A stretch of 39,794 nt of DNA from a virus (Duplodnaviria > Caudoviricetes), in the IMG/VR virus record IMGVR_UViG_3300049023_000163, positions 1-39,794 of that record, one strand, 5' to 3'. The position numbers were made by a program, and so were the translations under genes. Position 1 is the stretch's first letter, and the number at the start of each line of letters is the position of its first letter. Of this stretch, positions 34,739 through 39,794 are shown one piece after another. The notes under the pieces are model-generated. The model saw only the letters and a program-made list of their open reading frames with translations, ran no database searches and had not been told where the DNA came from.

Positions 34739-37137
34739 ACGAAATCAAGAGCAACGGCATCAATAGCTTTCCGAACGAATTTGTTCCATCGTCGGTAAAG
34801 GCTACCAAAGATTACTTTTTAAAGTACGCGAAAGCTTTTCATGAGGAAGCTGCCCATGGCCCAATGGATGTTTCGTTGTGCCGGAACAATAAGAACCTCA
34901 AACGCTACAAGCAGTACGCACGTGGCGAACAAAGCCAATTGCAGTACAAGGAACTTATGGGTTTGAAGCGAGAAAAAGGCGACGTCCCTAACCACTCGTT
35001 CCGTAATATCAATTACGAGATCCTGAAGGTGGTACCGCGTATCAGGAACTCAGCTGTTAATAAAATTATCTCTATCCCGCTCCGGATGAGAGCTCGAGCA
35101 ATTGATCCGAAAAGTATCAGTGCAAAGCAGAAGTACAGATCTAAACTTCTGGAATTCATCGTAAACAAAGAAGAGATTGAGCGCTTCGAGCAACTTGCAA
35201 GACTTGGTCTTGAACGTCCAATTCCTCCTGGTGAAGTACCACCGGCTTCAGCAGCAGAGATTGATCCTTATATCGAGATGAACCCAAAAGACATCACTTC
35301 AATGGAGGTGTTGGACATGCTGGAAAAAGCATTTGAGGATTCTAACTGGAAGCAGGAGAAGAAAGAAATTGTTGGAGATCTTTTTGACTATGGCGTTGGT
35401 GGTACCCGGCAATACATTGATGTCAACGGGAAAATAAAGTCACGGCGGGTGATGATCGATCGATCAGTCACCAATCATTGTGTCCTTCCAGACTTTCGCG
35501 ATATGATTCGCTTTGGCGAGTACCTTGAGAAAACTATCTCACAGTTACGCAGGGAAGCAAAGAATTTGAAGGAGGAGGAGTTGAAGGACATTGCTCACAA
35601 AACATCTGTTGCTCGCGGTGGGAATGGTTATATTGGAAAGTACAGTGAACATTACAATTCCGGAACATATTCCTATGCGTACGATCATGAGAAGGTTACT
35701 GTATTTGAGTTACTGTATTTAACGACCGATTCTGAGGTCAATGTTGAATACAAGAATTCATCTGGAAACACCAGAACAAAGACCGAGGCTCCAAATTACG
35801 TTCCATTCCTGGGCGATGCTTCTGTCAATGATGGTAAGGGATTGACCGACGACGAATTCAATAAAAAATTCGAGGGCAAGAAAAGGATTTATCGAACGGA
35901 AGTACGCAACGTATATCAAGGCACTTGGGTCGTTGATACCGAATATTGCTACAGCTATGGGTTAATGACGAACATGTTGCGTCCTGCAACTGACTGGCAA
36001 GAAACTGTTCTTCCTGTTGTATTAGTTTCAACCGACTTCATCAGCACAATCGGAATGATTGAGCAGGCCGCGGACCAGGTTCAATTAAACTACTTGCAGT
36101 ATCAGAGTCACTCATCTCAATCAAAGCCGCCTGGCATTGCGATCGAGAAGAAGGCCCTTGCTCGTACTGGCAAAGGAAATGCAAAATTAGATCCCAAGAA
36201 GGCTCTTGAGATGTATGCAGAGACAGGTAGCTTTATCTACGATGGGTATGATCAACACGATTCGCCACTAAATACAAAACCATTTGAGGAATTAGTCAAT
36301 GGACTGTCTCAGGGAGCAAGCGATCACTTGGTTTTGATGAAGCAGTGGATTGATCAAGCCCGGGATATGGTTGGTCTCAACGTTCTTTCAGAAGGAGGGA
36401 CGCCGGCTGAGCGTACCGGTAAAGAAGTGGCACAACTGGCTTTCAATGCCTCCGACAATGCGATGTCACACATCCTTGAGGCTTACAAAACCATCTACGA
36501 GAAGTCAGGAAAAAATATGTTCTACCTGCTGCAGAACAATGTCCAGCGGATGAATCCTGCTATCATCAGCGAGTCGCTTGGTATGGAAAGCTACAAGTAT
36601 TTTATGCTGAATCGGGATCTCCCACTCATCGATATGGGTATCATTCTTGAAGAAGGTCCGGACGATAAAGTCAAGGAAAAGATATCAGCGATCTTGAATT
36701 TGATGGTCACCAATAAAGAGATACCAGGAGAGAAAGCTATTGAGATCGAGATGGTGGAGAATCCTTATCGCCAGATCCTGATGATCCGGAAGCATGTGAT
36801 TGAACGTGAAAATCGTGAAGCGGCAAAGCAAGAAAATCTTATGCGTGTCCAGGGTGAAGAGAACACGAAGACCGCTGTCGCAACAGAGCAGGCTAAACAG
36901 AAGTCCATGCAGATGGAATTCCAGCAGAAGATGGCCGAGAAGGAATTCGATAAGCAGCAAAAGAAACAGGAGGATGATCGGAAATTCCTACATGAGATGA
37001 TCCTCAAGGGTGCTGAATTGAAAGAAGGGGAAGCGGAACGTGTCAATGAACTTCTAATGGCACTCTTGAAGGGACAGATGGATATCGCGAAGGAGAAGTC
37101 GAAACCAAAGCCACAACCAGCAACATCAAAACCTTAG
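34735..37137 (+). CDS. Portal protein
   Basis: 800 aa coupled downstream of terL; YARGEQ, GLN...EG motifs and C-terminal coiled coil as in Bacteroidetes phage portals. Confidence 0.8.
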   Translation: MNEIKSNGINSFPNEFVPSSVKATKDYFLKYAKAFHEEAAHGPMDVSLCRNNKNLKRYKQYARGEQSQLQYKELMGLKREKGDVPNHSFRNINYEILKVVPRIRNSAVNKIISIPLRMRARAIDPKSISAKQKYRSKLLEFIVNKEEIERFEQLARLGLERPIPPGEVPPASAAEIDPYIEMNPKDITSMEVLDMLEKAFEDSNWKQEKKEIVGDLFDYGVGGTRQYIDVNGKIKSRRVMIDRSVTNHCVLPDFRDMIRFGEYLEKTISQLRREAKNLKEEELKDIAHKTSVARGGNGYIGKYSEHYNSGTYSYAYDHEKVTVFELLYLTTDSEVNVEYKNSSGNTRTKTEAPNYVPFLGDASVNDGKGLTDDEFNKKFEGKKRIYRTEVRNVYQGTWVVDTEYCYSYGLMTNMLRPATDWQETVLPVVLVSTDFISTIGMIEQAADQVQLNYLQYQSHSSQSKPPGIAIEKKALARTGKGNAKLDPKKALEMYAETGSFIYDGYDQHDSPLNTKPFEELVNGLSQGASDHLVLMKQWIDQARDMVGLNVLSEGGTPAERTGKEVAQLAFNASDNAMSHILEAYKTIYEKSGKNMFYLLQNNVQRMNPAIISESLGMESYKYFMLNRDLPLIDMGIILEEGPDDKVKEKISAILNLMVTNKEIPGEKAIEIEMVENPYRQILMIRKHVIERENREAAKQENLMRVQGEENTKTAVATEQAKQKSMQMEFQQKMAEKEFDKQQKKQEDDRKFLHEMILKGAELKEGEAERVNELLMALLKGQMDIAKEKSKPKPQPATSKP

Positions 37138-37143
37138 TATATC

Positions 37144-37662
37144 ATGTTAAAATTAACTGAAGAAAATCTCGCAAGCTTGATGTCAACAAGGGGTGTTGAT
37201 GTCATTGGAGTTGGACAGCGCACGATCGCATATACTGTGATCGCTGATGGTGGTACCGGCCAGATAATCATCACCGCCGCGGGCCATGGTCTGAAGAAGC
37301 ATCAAAGCTTCTGGATCACATCTGGTGGCGCTTACGCCAATACGGCTCACAAGGTGAAAAAAGTGATCGATGCAAACACATTCATCGCAGATGGAACCTT
37401 CGGTGTTACTGCAGCCGGAAACATCAACCTCATTGTAGCGCTTGACTGTGAAGGTTTCATCGTGAACGTAGCAACAGGATTAGTGTTCTCTGAATTGGTT
37501 CCTGATGATCCTAATATCGATGCAGCAACATTGATCGCAAAGACTTATGCAGTTGGTGAAGTAGTGCCTATCCCTTGTAGTAAGATCCGTATTACAGCTG
37601 TTGGTCAAATCACTTGCATACGCAAGCAACCACAGACTGACTTACCATATTCACGCCGTTAA
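37144..37662 (+). CDS. Hypothetical beta-rich, probably virion protein
   Basis: ITAAGHGL...VIDANTF motif; follows portal. Confidence 0.55.
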   Translation: MLKLTEENLASLMSTRGVDVIGVGQRTIAYTVIADGGTGQIIITAAGHGLKKHQSFWITSGGAYANTAHKVKKVIDANTFIADGTFGVTAAGNINLIVALDCEGFIVNVATGLVFSELVPDDPNIDAATLIAKTYAVGEVVPIPCSKIRITAVGQITCIRKQPQTDLPYSRR

Positions 37663-37687
37663 GTTCACATCGTTCAACTTACGCGTC

Positions 37688-37718
37688 AAGGCCTGATCAC
37701 TCAGGCCTTTTTTATTTG
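37688..37718 (+). terminator. Intrinsic terminator
   Basis: AAGGCCTGA-TCAC-TCAGGCCTT followed by T tract. Confidence 0.8.
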
Positions 37719-37723
37719 GCAAT

Positions 37724-37752
37724 AAAAAAACCCGAACATTTCTGCTCGGGTT
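37724..37752 (-). terminator. Intrinsic terminator for the convergent gene
   Basis: AACCCGAGCA...TGTTCGGGTTTTTTT on the minus strand. Confidence 0.7.
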
Positions 37753-37786
37753 CAAACGCTGCGGCAAATAACAGCGCAAAAAATGC

Positions 37787-38371
37787 TTATGCCTGTGTGA
37801 AGTCATCCGCAACATCCCAGGTGCCTGCTTCCAAGCAAACGTAATGCTTACGAATATTCACCGCGTGTTGCAATGTTGCATCGTCAGCAAGTCCGCGGAA
37901 ATTCTCACCTGTCTGTGGCCACGCGTCCAACGCAATACCGGCGCCTCCTGCACCAGGAACAGTGTTGTAGACAACGCATACTTTGCCAACAGTTGCTGCG
38001 GGAAGCTGATAACCATCAGTTGTTGTAGCGGTCGCTGTGTCGATTTCAGTGAAATACTTCACGATATCAGCGGCAGCTGCAGCGGTAGCACCAGCCGCGT
38101 CGATACTGAGATCGATGAATTTTTTTGCCAGAAGTCCTGTCGCCTGGCCTTCATTCATCAAGATTTGTGCGTTGATCTCTGCTGGAGACTCGTACACGTA
38201 ATACACATCAACAGAATTACCTGATTTCTCCTCGACCCGACAAAGTCCCTGACTGTACCCGCCAGATTTTGAAACAGGAGTCATTGAGATCTTTGCTGGA
38301 TCCACGATCACCACACGTGGTTTCACATAATTGTCGCCATTCTTTGATTTGGCGGTTAAGAAGATTTGCAT
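37787..38371 (-). CDS. Hypothetical protein, probably virion-associated
   Basis: A/T/G-rich; YQLPAATVGKVCVVYN...WP..GE pattern seen in phage structural proteins. Confidence 0.6.
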   Translation of the reverse strand: MQIFLTAKSKNGDNYVKPRVVIVDPAKISMTPVSKSGGYSQGLCRVEEKSGNSVDVYYVYESPAEINAQILMNEGQATGLLAKKFIDLSIDAAGATAAAAADIVKYFTEIDTATATTTDGYQLPAATVGKVCVVYNTVPGAGGAGIALDAWPQTGENFRGLADDATLQHAVNIRKHYVCLEAGTWDVADDFTQA

Positions 38372-38820
38372 AAAGATTTGTTGTTAAGTTGAACAATCGA
38401 AGCCGCCATGTTGGCGATCTATAAGGATTCAAATCACGTGAAATCTATTTGTTGTAATTACCCAAAAAAGTGAGTGAAAAGTTGTTGATGTATGGGCATA
38501 CCGACCCTTCTTCTCTGAATATGTATTACCTTTGCATTGTTGATACAGGGTAAACGCTTTGCAAGAGCGTTGATACATATTCTGAGAACTAATCCTTTCT
38601 TTTACTTCACATCAGAAAGGCTTCTACCGAAGCAGGGGGAAACCTCTGCTCTGTACAGACCGCGCTACTTGTTACCTTTCGGCTTCAGATGACCGGGTTC
38701 GATAGTCGGTTGATCTACCCGGATTTCACGCATTCCCCTGAACGATACTTTTTTTTCGTGACGCCTGTTGTGCATCACTGGTTCAATAAGTCTTGCAAAA
38801 CCAATTGTATGTAAAAAGAA

Positions 38821-38928
38821 ATCAGAGGCCCATTTTGAGGGACTATCACGAACCTCGTTGTTACCGACGACAAACGATCATGGGACCTCTGATAAGATCT
38901 TTTCGTTTGTCGCTGGTACGTGATAGTC
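38821..38928. ncRNA. Candidate structured RNA with pseudoknot or alternative fold
   Basis: Three complementary pairs: 38841-50/38919-28, 38868-77/38903-12, 38821-33/38880-93. Confidence 0.55.
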
Positions 38929-38980
38929 TGGGCAAATAAGGATTGTGCGGCTTACGACGCAACAAAAAGCAGAAGAAAAT

Positions 38981-38996
38981 TATAACAAATGTTCTA
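38981..38996. promoter_or_regulatory. Operator-like 16-mer TATAACAAATGTTCTA
   Basis: Same motif as at 14.4, 29.2 and 39.7 kb. Confidence 0.6.
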
Positions 38997-39368
38997 AAAC
39001 GGCTTTTGCGTTCGAATTACTGCGAAGTATTTTGAGTCGATGACCATCACAGAGACTGTGACTCCGGTCTGATCTTCCGCCATATGCTTGGCTTTCGGGT
39101 CTATGATCTTCTTCAGGAGATCTGACATGGATCCTGCTTCATACTTTATTTCATCCAGACAACCATCACACGATAACTTGTTCTCCTGGCCGATGCTGTA
39201 CAAGACAGCTTGCGCATCGCATTCCGTTTGCTTGTCCGACGAGTATGAAAGTTTCCGAAGTTTCAGCTCAGACCTCTTGCCATTGATTGCCAAAAAAGCC
39301 TGGCGTGATTCAACATTCTGAGCAAGGCCGAAGATCGGCAAAAACAAGAAAATGATCAGAAATTTCAT
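38994..39368 (-). CDS. Hypothetical exported protein
   Basis: Signal peptide MKFLIIFLFLPIFGLA-Q. Confidence 0.7.
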   Translation of the reverse strand: MKFLIIFLFLPIFGLAQNVESRQAFLAINGKRSELKLRKLSYSSDKQTECDAQAVLYSIGQENKLSCDGCLDEIKYEAGSMSDLLKKIIDPKAKHMAEDQTGVTVSVMVIDSKYFAVIRTQKPF

Positions 39369-39391
39369 GTGTGGAGTTCGTTTTCCACAAT

Positions 39392-39691
39392 TTACGAAAT
39401 CCGAGCGGTTCGCTCAATATTGTCCTCAATGTAGTAACGGATCTGTTTAGATATTATCGTCCCTTCGCGGATTAGAAGGCTTTTCGCCAAGGCGATCGAT
39501 AGGTAAAAATCTTTCCTGTGCCGGCGTCTTTGTGGATGTAAAAAAAAATCCCTCGGGCTCTCAAGGGATTGATTGTTTGCTATGTATCTGGTTGTCCAGA
39601 GATAGTACTTCTTTGTTTCTCGATCAAGTGCATCATAGAGCTCCACCGAGCTAATCATCAACCGCTTTTCTACTTGATGCGCTTTAATCAT
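39392..39691 (-). CDS. AntA/AntB antirepressor-like protein
   Basis: ISSVELYDAL...W..RYI...RKDFYLSIALAKSLLIRE....KQIRYY matches the family pattern from memory. Confidence 0.65.
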   Translation of the reverse strand: MIKAHQVEKRLMISSVELYDALDRETKKYYLWTTRYIANNQSLESPRDFFLHPQRRRHRKDFYLSIALAKSLLIREGTIISKQIRYYIEDNIERTARIS

Positions 39692-39720
39692 TCCGGTTCA
39701 AAATACCCAAAAAAATGCGA

Positions 39721-39758
39721 TAGAACAAATGTTGTTATGAAATAGAACAAATGTTATA
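39721..39758. promoter_or_regulatory. Two operator-like 16-mers upstream of antirepressor-like gene
   Basis: TAGAACAAATGTTGTT (39721), TAGAACAAATGTTATA (39743). Confidence 0.7.
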
Positions 39759-39794
39759 TAGTTTCACCCGCAATCGTAACCCCCAAAGAAAAAC

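Noticed and set aside
32499-37046. Short antisense or out-of-frame ORFs inside terL and portal
   Set aside because: Shadow frames with no independent support

Overview
The window is part of a temperate tailed phage, most likely infecting Bacteroidota (TAnnTTTG promoter elements, Bacteroidetes-type tyrosine integrases). An integrase (1-960, cut by the window edge) sits next to an intact attP-like site: the 3' half of tRNA-Thr(UGU) flanked by 23-bp arm-type repeats, with phage genes on both sides. A long minus-strand region (1.5-29.1 kb) carries many small genes, a second integrase, two DNA methyltransferases (one with an in-frame LAGLIDADG insert), an XRE HTH, and PolX, exonuclease and HD-hydrolase genes. 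A plus-strand block (29.2-37.7 kb) encodes GroES-like proteins, large terminase and portal, and an AntA/AntB-like gene lies at the right end. The most striking features are RNA-level. Four type I hammerhead ribozymes with identical stem I punctuate one operon (11.9-13.75 kb). A candidate small RNA (about 5745-5922) is complementary to the leaders of that operon. There is also a tRNA-like RNA with a greatly extended anticodon arm, and a 16-bp operator repeated nine times in control regions. All family assignments come from motif recognition by eye; no searches were run.
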